From: Acidimicrobiia bacterium
GTDB lineage: Bacteria; Actinomycetota; Acidimicrobiia; Spongiisociales; ZC4RG35
Length of the DNA: 64,000 bases
Assembly (NCBI GenBank): GCA_035513335.1
Contig: DATKCE010000039.1
Span: 6,861-70,860, forward strand
Direction: 5' to 3'
The notes under the pieces are model-generated. The model made no database searches. It was not told where the DNA came from and saw nothing but the letters and a program-made list of their open reading frames with translations. Shown here piece after piece: positions 11,681-21,434 of this stretch. The position numbers and the translations under genes are program-made. Within the stretch, counting starts at the first letter, position 1. The number at the start of each line of letters is the position of its first letter.

Positions 11681-12683
11681 GAACCATCGCATAAACGAGC
11701 CCATCACGGTGGGCGACGTCACCGTGCGGCCGGGACGAAAGGTCCAGATCGAGCTCCCGTTCGCAAAGGTCGTCACCGGGGCCACCGAATCTCTACCGGT
11801 GAAGGTGATCAACGGGCGCTCCGCCGGGCCCAACATCTGGCTGTCGGCGGCGATACACGGCGACGAGTTGAACGGAATCCAGATCATCCGCAGGGTGCTC
11901 AAGGAGATCGACGCCAAGGCCCTGCGCGGGGCGATCATCGCGGTCCCAATAGTCAACCCGTTGGGGTTCATCACCCAATCGCGTTATCTGCCCGATCGCC
12001 GGGACCTGAATCGCTCGTTCCCCGGCTCCACGCGCGGGTCGACGGCAGCCCGTCTCGCCCATCTGTTCATGGAGCACGTCGTTGCCCACTGTTCGGTCGG
12101 GATCGACCTCCACACCGCCACGAACCATCGGATCAACCATCCCCAGATCCGGGCGAATCTCGATGACTCGGTGACGCTCGAGCTGGCCCGAGCTTTCAGA
12201 GCTCCTTTCTCGATCCATGCCCGCCTGCGAGACGGCTCGCTGCGCCAGGCGGCCGCGGAGCGGGAGAACACGGTTCTGGTCTACGAGGCCGGCCAGGCCC
12301 ACCGGTTCGACGTCAACGCCATCGAGACAGGAGTCGCCGGCGTGATGAGATCGCTCCGCCATCTCGGAATGATCGACGCCCGCCTTCCTCGTGCCCAGCC
12401 CACCCGACTGATCCGGAGAACCCGCTGGGTCCGGGCCCGTCGGGGTGGGATCGTGGAGATGGAAGCCTCGCTGGGCGAGCGTGTCACCAAGGGTCAGACG
12501 GTCGCGTCGATAGCGGATGCATTCGGGATGCGGCCGACCCAGGTGAGGGCCTCTGAGACCGGATGGGTCATAGCCCAGTCGATGCGGCCGCTGGTCAACG
12601 CAGGCGACTCGCTGGTCCACATTGGGGCAGAGACCGGGCCCGATCGTGAGGAGAGAGCCGAGAAGATGAGGAATGGCCGCTAG
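11670..12683 (+). CDS. Succinylglutamate desuccinylase/aspartoacylase-family (M14-like) zinc deacylase
   Basis: 337 aa with [13 protein letters not shown] metal-site motif. Overlaps the rimK 3' end by 11 nt. The TTG start at 11670 is uncertain; a GTG at 11709 is the alternative. Confidence 0.8.
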   Translation: MAPENHRINEPITVGDVTVRPGRKVQIELPFAKVVTGATESLPVKVINGRSAGPNIWLSAAIHGDELNGIQIIRRVLKEIDAKALRGAIIAVPIVNPLGFITQSRYLPDRRDLNRSFPGSTRGSTAARLAHLFMEHVVAHCSVGIDLHTATNHRINHPQIRANLDDSVTLELARAFRAPFSIHARLRDGSLRQAAAERENTVLVYEAGQAHRFDVNAIETGVAGVMRSLRHLGMIDARLPRAQPTRLIRRTRWVRARRGGIVEMEASLGERVTKGQTVASIADAFGMRPTQVRASETGWVIAQSMRPLVNAGDSLVHIGAETGPDREERAEKMRNGR

Positions 12684-12695
12684 TGGTCAGGGGCA

Positions 12696-12974
12696 CTAGC
12701 TCGCTCTCTTGGTCTCCTCCAACCACCGACGTCGCAGCCTGCGACGCTCCTTGGCGGTGTGCCCGCCCCAGATTCCCTCGGACTGGTTGGTTTCGATCGC
12801 CCAGGTCAGGCAGATGTCAGCCACAGGGCAGGTGGCACACACCGCCTTGGCGAGGAAGATCGCGCCAAGGTCTTCCTTGTCGGGAAAGAAGCTCACGTCG
12901 TCTTCGACATCGAGACAAGCCGCCGCTTCCCTCCACGGGGTAACTGTCAGATCGATCACTGGAGGCCCCATCAT
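12696..12974 (-). CDS. WhiB-family (Wbl) Fe-S transcriptional regulator
   Basis: 92 aa. Four Cys (AAC...CATCPVADIC), a GIWGG turn and a basic tail KERRRLRRR. Confidence 0.92.
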   Translation of the reverse strand: MMGPPVIDLTVTPWREAAACLDVEDDVSFFPDKEDLGAIFLAKAVCATCPVADICLTWAIETNQSEGIWGGHTAKERRRLRRRWLEETKRAS

Positions 12975-13103
12975 CTTCGGGCACTGATAAACGCAGAGTC
13001 AACGGGGTTCGTTCCCCGCCAGTCGGCCCTACGACACTCGTGCCGCAACCTTCTTTCGGACTATTCGGTGCAGACCGGGCGCGCGGTTCGAGTTGGTGGG
13101 GCC

Positions 13104-14339
13104 CTACTTCTCGAATGGCTCGGGAACGGCTCCGGGCCCCAGCCTGCCCAACTCGGCCCGGGCGACGGAGCGGCGATGGACTTCGTCCGGCCCGTCGGCG
13201 ATCCGCAGCCAGCGGCCCATGGAGTACAGCGATGCTATGGGCCAATCCTCGGTGAACCCGGCCGCTCCGAACAATTGGATCGCCTTGTCGGCGATGGTGG
13301 TGAGCAGGTTCGGGGCCGCCACTTTGATGGCGGCGATCTCGATGCGGGCACCTCTGGTGCCGACATTGTCGATGAGCCACGCCGTCTTGAGGACGAGGAG
13401 CCTGACCTGTTCGATCTGGATGCGGGCGTCGGCGATCCATTCCCGAACGACTCCCTGATCCGCCAGGGGCTTGCCGAACGCCGTCCTCGCCTGGGCTCGT
13501 TGGATCATCAGGTCGAGACACCTCTCGGCCGCCCCAATCGCTCGCATGCAATGGTGGATGCGCCCCGGCCCCAGACGGGCCTGCGCGATGGCGAATCCGC
13601 CTCCCTCCTCACCGAGGAGGTTCGAGACCGGTACCCTGACGTCGTCGAAGAGGATCTGGGGATGACCACCTCGGTCCTGATATCCGAACACGCTCGGGGC
13701 CCGCTCGACCACCAGTCCAGATGCGTCCATGGGAACGATCACCATCGACTGCATCCGGTGCCTGTCGGCGCCCGGGTTGGTGACCCCCATCACGATGGAG
13801 AACCGGCAGCGTTCCGACGCCGCGCCGGAACTGAACCACTTGCGCCCGTTGATCACATACTCGTCTCCATCGCGTTCGATCCTCGTCCTGATGTTGGTGG
13901 CGTCGGAACTGGCTACGTCGGGCTCGGTCATCGAGAAGCACGACCGGATCTCACCCTCCAGCAGTGGATGGAGCCAGACCTCCTTTTGCTCCGGGGTCCC
14001 GAACATGTGGAGGATCTCCATGTTCCCGGTGTCGGGCGCCGAGCAATTCAGTGCCTCGGGAGCGATCTCGACACTGCGCCCCGTGATCTCCGCCAGTGGC
14101 GCGTACTCGAGGACCGAGAGCCCGCCGCCGTCGTCGGGGTCGGGGAGGAACAGATTCCATAGCCCACGGCTGCGGGCCTCTTTCTTCAGGTCTTCCAGGA
14201 TGGCCGGGTGATGATGAGGATCTCCCGACTCCTCCATCTGGTCCCGGTAGACCGGCTCTGCCGGATACACGTGGGACGCCATGAACTCGAGAAGCCGTGC
14301 CCGGTAGTCCTCGACACGGTCGCTATAGGAGAAGTCCAT
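13104..14339 (-). CDS. Acyl-CoA dehydrogenase
   Basis: 411 aa, ACAD signatures (CFSMTEPDVASSDATN, GEEGGGFAIAQARLGPGRIHHCMR, IADGPDEVH). Confidence 0.92.
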   Translation of the reverse strand: MDFSYSDRVEDYRARLLEFMASHVYPAEPVYRDQMEESGDPHHHPAILEDLKKEARSRGLWNLFLPDPDDGGGLSVLEYAPLAEITGRSVEIAPEALNCSAPDTGNMEILHMFGTPEQKEVWLHPLLEGEIRSCFSMTEPDVASSDATNIRTRIERDGDEYVINGRKWFSSGAASERCRFSIVMGVTNPGADRHRMQSMVIVPMDASGLVVERAPSVFGYQDRGGHPQILFDDVRVPVSNLLGEEGGGFAIAQARLGPGRIHHCMRAIGAAERCLDLMIQRAQARTAFGKPLADQGVVREWIADARIQIEQVRLLVLKTAWLIDNVGTRGARIEIAAIKVAAPNLLTTIADKAIQLFGAAGFTEDWPIASLYSMGRWLRIADGPDEVHRRSVARAELGRLGPGAVPEPFEK

Positions 14340-14350
14340 CGCGCCAGAAC

Positions 14351-15115
14351 CTAGCTCCTGTGGTGGAGGGGTGGCTCGCCGCCATCATCGGGTTCCGCCG
14401 GCTCCACGGCCTCCACGGCCTCCTCCAGATCGTCCTCCGCCTCACCGGAATCGTCGTAGGAGAAGACTGGCAGGCCCGGCGAGGGCTGGGTCTCCCGGCC
14501 GATCGTGAACTCGGAGAGGAGCAGCCATCCGGCGAGCGCGGCGATGAAGTACAGCTGCATCGACAGCGATATGGCCAGGGCGACGGCGGCGGTGGACGAG
14601 AAGACGACCCGGGCGATCATGTCTGCCCGTCTCGGAACGACCTTTTCGAGGAGTGACTCGAGGAGGTGCCCTCCGTCGAGGGGTCGGATGGGAAGCCAAT
14701 TGAGGAGACCCCAGAAGACGTTGACGTAGATGAGGCTCTCGAGGAAGAAGCCGGCCAGCCGTGGATAGGGCCCGAACTGTGATGCCACCAGCCAGACCAC
14801 CCCGCCGAACGCCAGACCGGTGGCCGATCCTGCCGCCGCGATGAGGGCACGTGGTCCTGGTGTGATCTCTCCATGCGGCACCGACCATCTCGTCAGCCCC
14901 CCGAGCCCGTTCAACTCGATCGCCACTTCGGAGCCAAAGCCCCGCGCGGTGAAGGCATGGCCCAACTCGTGGATCAGGATCGAGAAGAAGACGACCGCGA
15001 TCCAAGCCACCGTCTGGGCGACGTCCCCCACACCCACCAGCCCGATCAGAGCTGCAATGAGCAGGAATGAGCCCCTGACGGTGACGGGCATATCGAAGAG
15101 ACGGAACCTGAGCAC
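14351..15115 (-). CDS. M50-family (site-2 protease-like) membrane metalloprotease
   Basis: HELGH zinc motif and NWLPIRPLDGG motif. The track ORF (to 15391) was trimmed to the GTG at 15115 (VLRFRLFDMPVTVRGSFLL), because the longer form overlaps the divergent dipeptidase gene. Acidic C-terminal tail. Confidence 0.8.
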   Translation of the reverse strand: MLRFRLFDMPVTVRGSFLLIAALIGLVGVGDVAQTVAWIAVVFFSILIHELGHAFTARGFGSEVAIELNGLGGLTRWSVPHGEITPGPRALIAAAGSATGLAFGGVVWLVASQFGPYPRLAGFFLESLIYVNVFWGLLNWLPIRPLDGGHLLESLLEKVVPRRADMIARVVFSSTAAVALAISLSMQLYFIAALAGWLLLSEFTIGRETQPSPGLPVFSYDDSGEAEDDLEEAVEAVEPAEPDDGGEPPLHHRS

Positions 15116-15147
15116 GGTCTCATCATGGCATCGGTACGCTGCTGGGC

Positions 15148-16494
15148 ATGCACGAAGACTTGAAGTCGGCCGTTGCCGCCGACATGCCCCGTCTGAAGGA
15201 ACTGCTCGCCACCCTGATCCGGATGGAGTCGGTGTCCGCCGACGACTACGACCCCCAGGCGGTCCGCCAGGCCGGAGCGACGATCGTCGAGATGCTCGAC
15301 GAGGCCGGGTTCGACAACGCCCGGCTGCTCGAGTCGTCCAATGGCCACCCGGCGGTGTTCGCCGAGAAACCCGGCCCCGAAGGAGCTCCAAAGCTGCTGC
15401 TCTACGCCCACTACGACGTTCAGCCGCCGGGTCCGATCGAGGAGTGGGAGACGGGCCCGTTCGAGCCCGTAGAGCGCGCTGGACGCCTCTACGGGCGAGG
15501 AGCGAGTGACGACAAGGCCGGGGTGGTGATGCATCTCGGAGCCATCGCGGCCCACGGCGACGACCTCCCCGTAGGCGTCCAGCTCTTTCTCGAGGGCGAG
15601 GAGGAGGCGGGCTCCATCGGGCTACCCGAGATCCTGGAGAAGCACTCCGACCTCCTCGATCCCGATGTCATCGTCATCGGCGACGGGGGCAACTGGGAGG
15701 TGGGCACACCGGCGTTCGTCTCGTCGCTCCGGGGGATCGTGGCGGTGAAGCTCGAGCTGCGAACCCTCGAATCGGCGGTTCACTCCGGCCAGTACGGAGG
15801 CGTCGTGCCCGACGCGTTGATGACCCTGTCCCGGCTTCTGGCCACTCTCCACGACGCCGAGGGCAGGGTCGCGGTGGCAGGAATCCTCTCCGAGGAGACC
15901 GAAGGGTCCCTCGACTTCCCCGAGGAGCTGCTCAGGTCCCAGGCCGGTGCAGTCGACGGTCTCGAGCTGATCGGGGAGGGCTCCCTTCCGTCCCGTCTCT
16001 GGACGCGCCCGGCGGTGTCCGTCCTGGCCATCGATGCCCCACCGGTGGCCGAGGCCATCAACCAGCTCGTACCCGTCGCCCGGGCCAAGGTGAGCATGCG
16101 TATCCCGCCCGGCCAGGACACCAAGGCCGCCTTGGAGGCGCTGAAGACTCATCTGGAAGCCAACGTGCCCTGGGGCGCGCAGCTCAGCTTCCTCCACGAA
16201 GAGTGGGGAGACGCCACCGTCCTCGGCTCGGACAACTATGCCGTTGAGATCTGGCGCCAGGCGTTCCGTGAAGGCTTCGGGGCCGAGGCAGTGGAGATGG
16301 GGGCGGGCGGCTCGATCCCCTTCATCGCCACCTTCGCCGAGCTGTTCCCGGAGGCTCCGATCCTGGTGGTCGGTGCGGCCGACCCCACCAGTGCCTTCCA
16401 CGCCCCCAACGAGAGCCAGGACCTCGGCGACCTGGAGCGGGTCGTCCTCAGCGAGGCCATCGCCTTCCGGCTCCTGGCGGAACGGGCTTCCTGA
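15148..16494 (+). CDS. M20-family dipeptidase/deacylase
   Basis: 448 aa, LLLYAHYDVQPPG...GRGASDDKAG motifs. Confidence 0.88.
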   Translation: MHEDLKSAVAADMPRLKELLATLIRMESVSADDYDPQAVRQAGATIVEMLDEAGFDNARLLESSNGHPAVFAEKPGPEGAPKLLLYAHYDVQPPGPIEEWETGPFEPVERAGRLYGRGASDDKAGVVMHLGAIAAHGDDLPVGVQLFLEGEEEAGSIGLPEILEKHSDLLDPDVIVIGDGGNWEVGTPAFVSSLRGIVAVKLELRTLESAVHSGQYGGVVPDALMTLSRLLATLHDAEGRVAVAGILSEETEGSLDFPEELLRSQAGAVDGLELIGEGSLPSRLWTRPAVSVLAIDAPPVAEAINQLVPVARAKVSMRIPPGQDTKAALEALKTHLEANVPWGAQLSFLHEEWGDATVLGSDNYAVEIWRQAFREGFGAEAVEMGAGGSIPFIATFAELFPEAPILVVGAADPTSAFHAPNESQDLGDLERVVLSEAIAFRLLAERAS

Positions 16495-16495
16495 A

Positions 16496-16548
16496 CCGTT
16501 CTGTGAACGCCAGGCGTGACATAGTCTCAGCCAGCGTTCACAGAACGG
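16496..16548. repeat. REP-like palindromic element, family A, copy 1
   Basis: CCGTTCTGTGAACGC-(23 nt)-GCGTTCACAGAACGG, perfect 15-bp arms. The loop carries the stop codon and the right arm carries the last codons (..PRSVNAG-stop) of the DUF559 gene. Confidence 0.9.
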
Positions 16549-17453
16549 GGTGAGAAGGGTGCCATCACGAAACGGGTGAGCTCTTCGATCACCTCTTGCG
16601 GTTCACGTCTCACTCTGCGTGCCGAGAACCGGCGTATCTCCCAGCCGAGCTGCATGAGCCGATTCTGCCGATGGAGGTCGTGCTCCAACTGTTCATGGGT
16701 GGAGTGCGCCTCGAGACCGTCGACCTCGACGATGCGCATCCGGTCTGGCCACGAGAAATCTGGATAGGCATTGTCCCCCTGGGGAAAGCGGATCTGGAGC
16801 TGCTGGATAGGTGTCGCGATCGGAGCGAGTCTGATGAGTTGCCCCAGATCGACCTCCGCGAAGCTCCCGCTTCTGTCCCCGGCCACCACGGCGAGGACTC
16901 TCCGCAAGCGGCGGGTTCCGGCAACGCCTCGACCACCTCGCAATCCGATGTGGGCATCGAGCGCCTCCACCGTCGTCAGCTTTTTCCGCAGAGCGGATGC
17001 GACCACTCGTTCCAAGGCCATGTCACCAAACATCGCAGCGAGATCGAGGCTCGTCCTCTCGACAGTCGTCACGCGAATCGCATCGACCACGGTGGCGTCG
17101 AGGGGACGCCGGGATCGATGCATGATCACGCTCTCGGGCTCGGGACTCTCCCGGTAGGGGACAGTGATGTCGATTGGCCGGCCGTAGACACCGTCCAGCC
17201 CGTGCAGCTGGGCGGCAGTTCGATGGGATACGACCGCATCAGGGCCCGCAGCCATCACCGACGCCAGGATCTCGGTCCGCCAGGTCGCCGGAGTTACGTT
17301 GAGGTAGTAGACACCCGGATGTATCTCATCCCAACGACCGGTATACAAGCGATGCCGCACCAGATGTAGCGAGCCGCCCAGTTGCACCGCGTTGTCCCGA
17401 TCGACGAGACCATGGTGCTCACGAGCGTAACGAGCGACTTCTTCCTCCCACAC
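16527..17453 (-). CDS. AbiEi-like wHTH N-terminal domain plus DUF559 (Vsr-like endonuclease fold) protein
   Basis: 308 aa. The C-terminal region (YPDFSWPDRMRIVEVDGLEAHSTHEQLEHDLHRQNRLMQLGWEIRRF) matches the DUF559 pattern common in Actinobacteria. Confidence 0.75.
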   Translation of the reverse strand: MWEEEVARYAREHHGLVDRDNAVQLGGSLHLVRHRLYTGRWDEIHPGVYYLNVTPATWRTEILASVMAAGPDAVVSHRTAAQLHGLDGVYGRPIDITVPYRESPEPESVIMHRSRRPLDATVVDAIRVTTVERTSLDLAAMFGDMALERVVASALRKKLTTVEALDAHIGLRGGRGVAGTRRLRRVLAVVAGDRSGSFAEVDLGQLIRLAPIATPIQQLQIRFPQGDNAYPDFSWPDRMRIVEVDGLEAHSTHEQLEHDLHRQNRLMQLGWEIRRFSARRVRREPQEVIEELTRFVMAPFSPRSVNAG

Positions 17454-17511
17454 ATCTCCGACAATTGCCGTATCCGGAGAGCGAAATCAACCCCCATCTC
17501 GAGCCCCTCCT

Positions 17512-17564
17512 CCATTCTGTGAACGCCACGCGACAAATATTCTCAGCCCCCGTTCACAGAACGG
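17512..17564. repeat. REP-like palindromic element, family A, copy 2
   Basis: CCATTCTGTGAACG-(25 nt)-CGTTCACAGAACGG. Same length and orientation as copy 1, 45/53 identical by eye. The loop holds the trmL stop, and the arm encodes its last codons (..HRSVNGG-stop). Confidence 0.9.
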
Positions 17565-18025
17565 TGGGAGCCGGGGAAGCCGAGCTGGCGCCAGGCCTCG
17601 TAGACGACGATGGCCGCGGAATTGGAGAGGTTGATCGATCTCACTCCCGGGACCATGGGCAACCGGAGACGGCGGGTGATCCACACGGCGCTGTGAACCT
17701 CCCCGGGCAGGCCCACCGACTCGGGCCCGAAGAGGAAGGCGTCTCCCTCCCGATACTCCTCGTCGGTGTAGAGAGCTTCGCCGTCGACGGTGAACGCCAG
17801 CACCCTCTCGGGGGCGACCGACGCCCGGAAAGCCTCCAGGCTGTCGTGGACGGCCACGGACGCCAGATCGCGATAGTCCATCCCCGCCCGACGCAGGCGG
17901 GCGTCGTCCATCTCGAAGCCCAGTGGCTCGATCAGGTGCAGCCGACATCCGGTCACCGCGGCGAGACGCATCGCGTTCCCGGTGTTCGGCGGGATCTCCG
18001 GGGTGTAGAAGACGATGTCGAACAT
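17543..18025 (-). CDS. trmL: tRNA (cytidine/uridine-2'-O)-methyltransferase, SpoU/TrmL type
   Basis: 160 aa, [23 protein letters not shown]...LFGPESVGLP...INLSNSAAIVVYEAWRQ. Confidence 0.88.
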   Translation of the reverse strand: MFDIVFYTPEIPPNTGNAMRLAAVTGCRLHLIEPLGFEMDDARLRRAGMDYRDLASVAVHDSLEAFRASVAPERVLAFTVDGEALYTDEEYREGDAFLFGPESVGLPGEVHSAVWITRRLRLPMVPGVRSINLSNSAAIVVYEAWRQLGFPGSHRSVNGG

Positions 18026-18693
18026 CAGTGGAGGTCGAACAGGCGCAACGAGCCGTCCTCGGCCTCGCGAAGACCGTCGTAGTCGACCTCGATCGCCTCG
18101 ATCCCTCTCGCCTCCGCCATCACCCGGGCCTGAGGGGTGATCGACTGGGCCGCGAATATCCCACGCACCGGGGCCAGGCGGGCGTCGTGGTTGAGACGCT
18201 CGATGTATCGAGAGAGTTGTTCGACCCCATCGATCTCGCCCCGGCGCTTGACCTCGACCGCCACGGTCGCCTCGTTTCGGTCGGCGCAGAGCAGATCGAC
18301 GGGCCCGATGTCGGTGGGGTACTCGCGTCGAATCAGGGTCAGGCCCTCCTCGAGGAAGTCGGGAGAGGCCGCCAGCATCTCCTGGAGATGCGCTTCGACC
18401 CCGTCCTTGACCAGCCCCGGATCGTCACCCAGCTCATGGATCACGTCCTCGATGATCTCCTCGATCCAGATCGTCAGCCTCTCCCCCTTCGCGTTGGAGA
18501 TCTCCCAACGGTCGTCGTGGATCTCGAGGGCATTGGGGGCGATCATCCAGTTGAGGGGTTTGGAGGCGTTGCCGTCGGAGTGGATGGCGAGAGTCCCGTC
18601 CGCCTTGACCATGATGAGCCGGGTGGCCTCGGGCAGGTGTGCGGTGAGTCGTCCCGAGTAGTCGACGGTGCAACGTGCGATGACCAGTCTCAT
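18025..18693 (-). CDS. nucS: Endonuclease NucS (EndoMS), mismatch-specific
   Basis: Trimmed to the ATG at 18693 ([33 protein letters not shown]...). 222 aa, with the PD-(D/E)xK region [26 protein letters not shown] overlap with trmL. Confidence 0.93.
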   Translation of the reverse strand: MRLVIARCTVDYSGRLTAHLPEATRLIMVKADGTLAIHSDGNASKPLNWMIAPNALEIHDDRWEISNAKGERLTIWIEEIIEDVIHELGDDPGLVKDGVEAHLQEMLAASPDFLEEGLTLIRREYPTDIGPVDLLCADRNEATVAVEVKRRGEIDGVEQLSRYIERLNHDARLAPVRGIFAAQSITPQARVMAEARGIEAIEVDYDGLREAEDGSLRLFDLH

Positions 18694-18700
18694 CGATCGA

Positions 18701-19879
18701 TCACTTGACGGCGACCCTACCGCCGTCGGGGATCCTGAGCGCCAGGGCGGCCGAGGTGGCCATGAGGACACCGGTGGCGAGCCAACCCGGCGTGTAGGTG
18801 CCGAGGGCGTCGACCGACCACCCCATCAGCGGTGGCCCCACGGCGTGGCCGAACAGGAACCCGAGAAGCACCACCCCCGTTCCCTTGCCGACGAGATGGG
18901 CGGGGGCGATCTCCATCACGGCCACCATGCCCACCGCGTTCCATGCTATGGCGCCGGCACCGAACAGAAAAGCGGCCGGAACGAGAACCCAGCTCGGGAG
19001 CACCCCCAGGCCGGCCAGGGCGAGGAGCACCGAGGTGGCGGTGGTCATCCCGGCGAGGATCCGCAGGGTCCTGCCGTGTCCCAGCGACCGCTCGGACCAG
19101 CGAGACCAGATGATCCGGGAGAAGATGCCGGTGAAACCGACCGCGGCGAGGATCATCCCGGCCATCGTCTCCGACCACAACTGGTCCTCCTCGGCGAACA
19201 GGGGCAGGAAGGCGATCATCGCCGATGTCGCCAGACCCGACACCATGCCATAGGCGGCGATCCACTTGATCGAAGTTGGCAGTTTGTCCCCGGCGAGCAC
19301 CGTCGTGCGCGATTCGCGCCTCTCGGCATCCCTGCGCCCGATCATCCCGATGAGACCGCCGACAGGCAGCGCGAGGAAGACCAGCACTGCCATCCGCCAG
19401 TCCCACCAGACAGCGAAGACCGGCAGCAAGAGCCCGCCGAGGAAGATCCCGACCTGCACCCCGGATTGCTTCACACCGGTGACCACGCCCCGGGACCCCA
19501 CGGCCACGTTGTCGGCGATCAGCGCATTGGTCGACGGATTGCCCCATCCGTTGGGAACCCCGCCCAGCAGCGCCGCCCCGATCAGCACCGCGTACGTGGG
19601 GCTGAAGGCGATGGCGATGAGGGTGACGGCTCCGGCGAGCATCGTGAACGTGGTGGAACGGACCGCGCCGAGACGGTCGGTGAGCCTTCCGCAGACCGGA
19701 GACAGCAGTGCTCCGACGAGGCCGAAGGCGGTGACCAACAATCCGAGCTGGGCGCGACTGATCTCGAATTCCGAGATCAGCGAGGCGGCGAGGACGCTGA
19801 AGATGACTATCGGAAAGGTGGTGGTCGCCATCGTGGTCGCGGAGACGACCCCCAAGCCCCACCGGGAGACTGACCGCAT
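18701..19879 (-). CDS. MFS transporter
   Basis: About 12 predicted hydrophobic segments and the GRLTDRLG loop motif. Trimmed to the ATG at 19879, because the longer form would overlap the upstream gene. Confidence 0.85.
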   Translation of the reverse strand: MRSVSRWGLGVVSATTMATTTFPIVIFSVLAASLISEFEISRAQLGLLVTAFGLVGALLSPVCGRLTDRLGAVRSTTFTMLAGAVTLIAIAFSPTYAVLIGAALLGGVPNGWGNPSTNALIADNVAVGSRGVVTGVKQSGVQVGIFLGGLLLPVFAVWWDWRMAVLVFLALPVGGLIGMIGRRDAERRESRTTVLAGDKLPTSIKWIAAYGMVSGLATSAMIAFLPLFAEEDQLWSETMAGMILAAVGFTGIFSRIIWSRWSERSLGHGRTLRILAGMTTATSVLLALAGLGVLPSWVLVPAAFLFGAGAIAWNAVGMVAVMEIAPAHLVGKGTGVVLLGFLFGHAVGPPLMGWSVDALGTYTPGWLATGVLMATSAALALRIPDGGRVAVK

Positions 19880-19898
19880 CAGCCGGACGGTACCTGTC

Positions 19899-20315
19899 TC
19901 AGATGGTCGAGCGGTCCCTCGTCGGGCGGGAAGAGACGAACCAGAGCGCATATACGCCCACCGCGACAAGAATCAGCCTGACCCAAGCCAGATCGGTCAG
20001 AAAGACCCCGGAGACGACGAGGGAGGTCGTGATCCCGGCCGCGGCCACCCACTTCATCCGCGTCGTCAACCCGTGATCCCTATAGCCGCGGATGACCTTC
20101 CCGAAGTAGCGATGATTGAGCATCCAGTTGTACATCTTGTCCGACGACATCGAGAAGAAGAATGCCGCCAGGAGGATCAGGTCGAAGGTGGGAATGCCGG
20201 GGAGATAGCTGAGCGGTATCAGTGCCAGACAGAGCATTCCGAGGACGAAGTAGAACGCCCTGGCGATGGGGTTGCGCGCTTTGCGCGGTGCTGATGCCTT
20301 GACGGTTTCAGCCAT
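19899..20315 (-). CDS. YbaN/DUF454-family inner-membrane protein
   Basis: Trimmed to the ATG at 20315 (MAETVKASAPRKARNPIARAFYFVLGMLCLALI...), 138 aa. Confidence 0.7.
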   Translation of the reverse strand: MAETVKASAPRKARNPIARAFYFVLGMLCLALIPLSYLPGIPTFDLILLAAFFFSMSSDKMYNWMLNHRYFGKVIRGYRDHGLTTRMKWVAAAGITTSLVVSGVFLTDLAWVRLILVAVGVYALWFVSSRPTRDRSTI

Positions 20316-20404
20316 CGCCGTGGCAAAGTATCGACCGTGGTTGCCGACGGCGAGTCGGGAAATAGGGTCGATAAGGTTCGCGCCAGAAGACAAGGAGACG
20401 ACCG

Positions 20405-21433
20405 GTGCCCATCGCCACACCTGACAAGTACCGCGAGATGCTCGATAGCGCCAGGGAGGGCCAGTACGCGCTGCCCGCGATCAACACCACCTCGTCCTCG
20501 ACCATCCTCGCCGCCCTCGAGGGCTTCTCTGAAGCCGAGTCCGACGGGATAGTCCAGTTCTCCTACGGGGCCGGGGAGTTCGCTTCGGGACAGTCGAACA
20601 AGGACATGGCATTGGGCGCGCGCGCCTTGGCGGAGTTCGCCCACGTGGTGGCGCCGCAATATCCGGTGAACATCGCCCTCCACACCGACCACTGCCCGGC
20701 AGACCGAGTCGACGGCTTCGTCCGTCCCCTGCTGGAGGTGAGCCGAGAACGAGCCGACTCCGGACGAGGGCCACTCTTCCAGAGCCACATGCTCGACGCC
20801 TCCGACCTCCCCATGGAGGAGAACCTGGCCCTCGCCGACGAGCTGCTGGAGAAGTGTGCTGCTCTCGACATCATCCTCGAACTGGAGATCGGCATCGTCG
20901 GAGGAGTCGAGGACGCCACCGACCACTCCGACGTCGACCGGTCGAAGCTGTACACCTCACCCGGCGACATGGTCAGAGTGTCCGAGGTCCTCGGCACGTT
21001 CGACCGCGGCCGCTACCTGCTCGCCGCCGTGTTCGGCAACGTCCACGGTGTGTACAAGCCGGGTTCGGTCAAGCTCGACCCCACCATCCTGCTGGAGGGC
21101 CAAAGGGCGGTCGCGGACCAATTCGGTGATGAGGCGCGCCACTATCTGGTCTTCCATGGCGGAAGCGGCTCGACGCTCGAGGAGATCCACGAGACACTCG
21201 GCTACGGCGTCATCAAGATGAACATCGACACCGACTGCCAGTACGCGTACACCCGGCCGATAGTGGATCACATGTTGTCCAACTACGACGGGGTGCTCAA
21301 GGTCGATGGAGAGGTGGGGAACAAGAAGGTCTATGACCCCCGCTCGTACATGAAGAAAGCCGAGGTAGGGATGGCCGCCAGGGTCGTGGAGGCCTGCCAG
21401 ATGCTGAGATCGGCGGGGAACACCATCGGCTGA
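20405..21433 (+). CDS. fbaA: Class II fructose-bisphosphate aldolase
   Basis: 342 aa, MPIATPDKYREMLDSAREGQYALPAINTTSS...HTDHC...VFHGGSGS. GTG start with AAGGAG 8 nt upstream. Confidence 0.95.
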   Translation: MPIATPDKYREMLDSAREGQYALPAINTTSSSTILAALEGFSEAESDGIVQFSYGAGEFASGQSNKDMALGARALAEFAHVVAPQYPVNIALHTDHCPADRVDGFVRPLLEVSRERADSGRGPLFQSHMLDASDLPMEENLALADELLEKCAALDIILELEIGIVGGVEDATDHSDVDRSKLYTSPGDMVRVSEVLGTFDRGRYLLAAVFGNVHGVYKPGSVKLDPTILLEGQRAVADQFGDEARHYLVFHGGSGSTLEEIHETLGYGVIKMNIDTDCQYAYTRPIVDHMLSNYDGVLKVDGEVGNKKVYDPRSYMKKAEVGMAARVVEACQMLRSAGNTIG

Positions 21434-21434
21434 G

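Noticed and set aside
14351-15391. 346-aa version of the M50 protease ORF.
   Set aside because: The extra N-terminus is Arg/Pro-rich, lacks M50 similarity and overlaps the divergent dipeptidase gene. It was trimmed to the GTG at 15115.
16496-16548. The TGTGA / TCACA half-sites in the family A palindrome as Crp-family binding sites. A Crp-family regulator is encoded at 6435-7163.
   Set aside because: The half-sites are separated by about 30 nt rather than the N6 of the TGTGA-N6-TCACA consensus, and they sit at gene 3' ends rather than promoters.
16496-17564. The DUF559 gene plus flanking palindromes as an integron-type cassette with attC sites.
   Set aside because: The arms do not match the RYYYAAC / GTTRRRY core sites, and no integron integrase is present.
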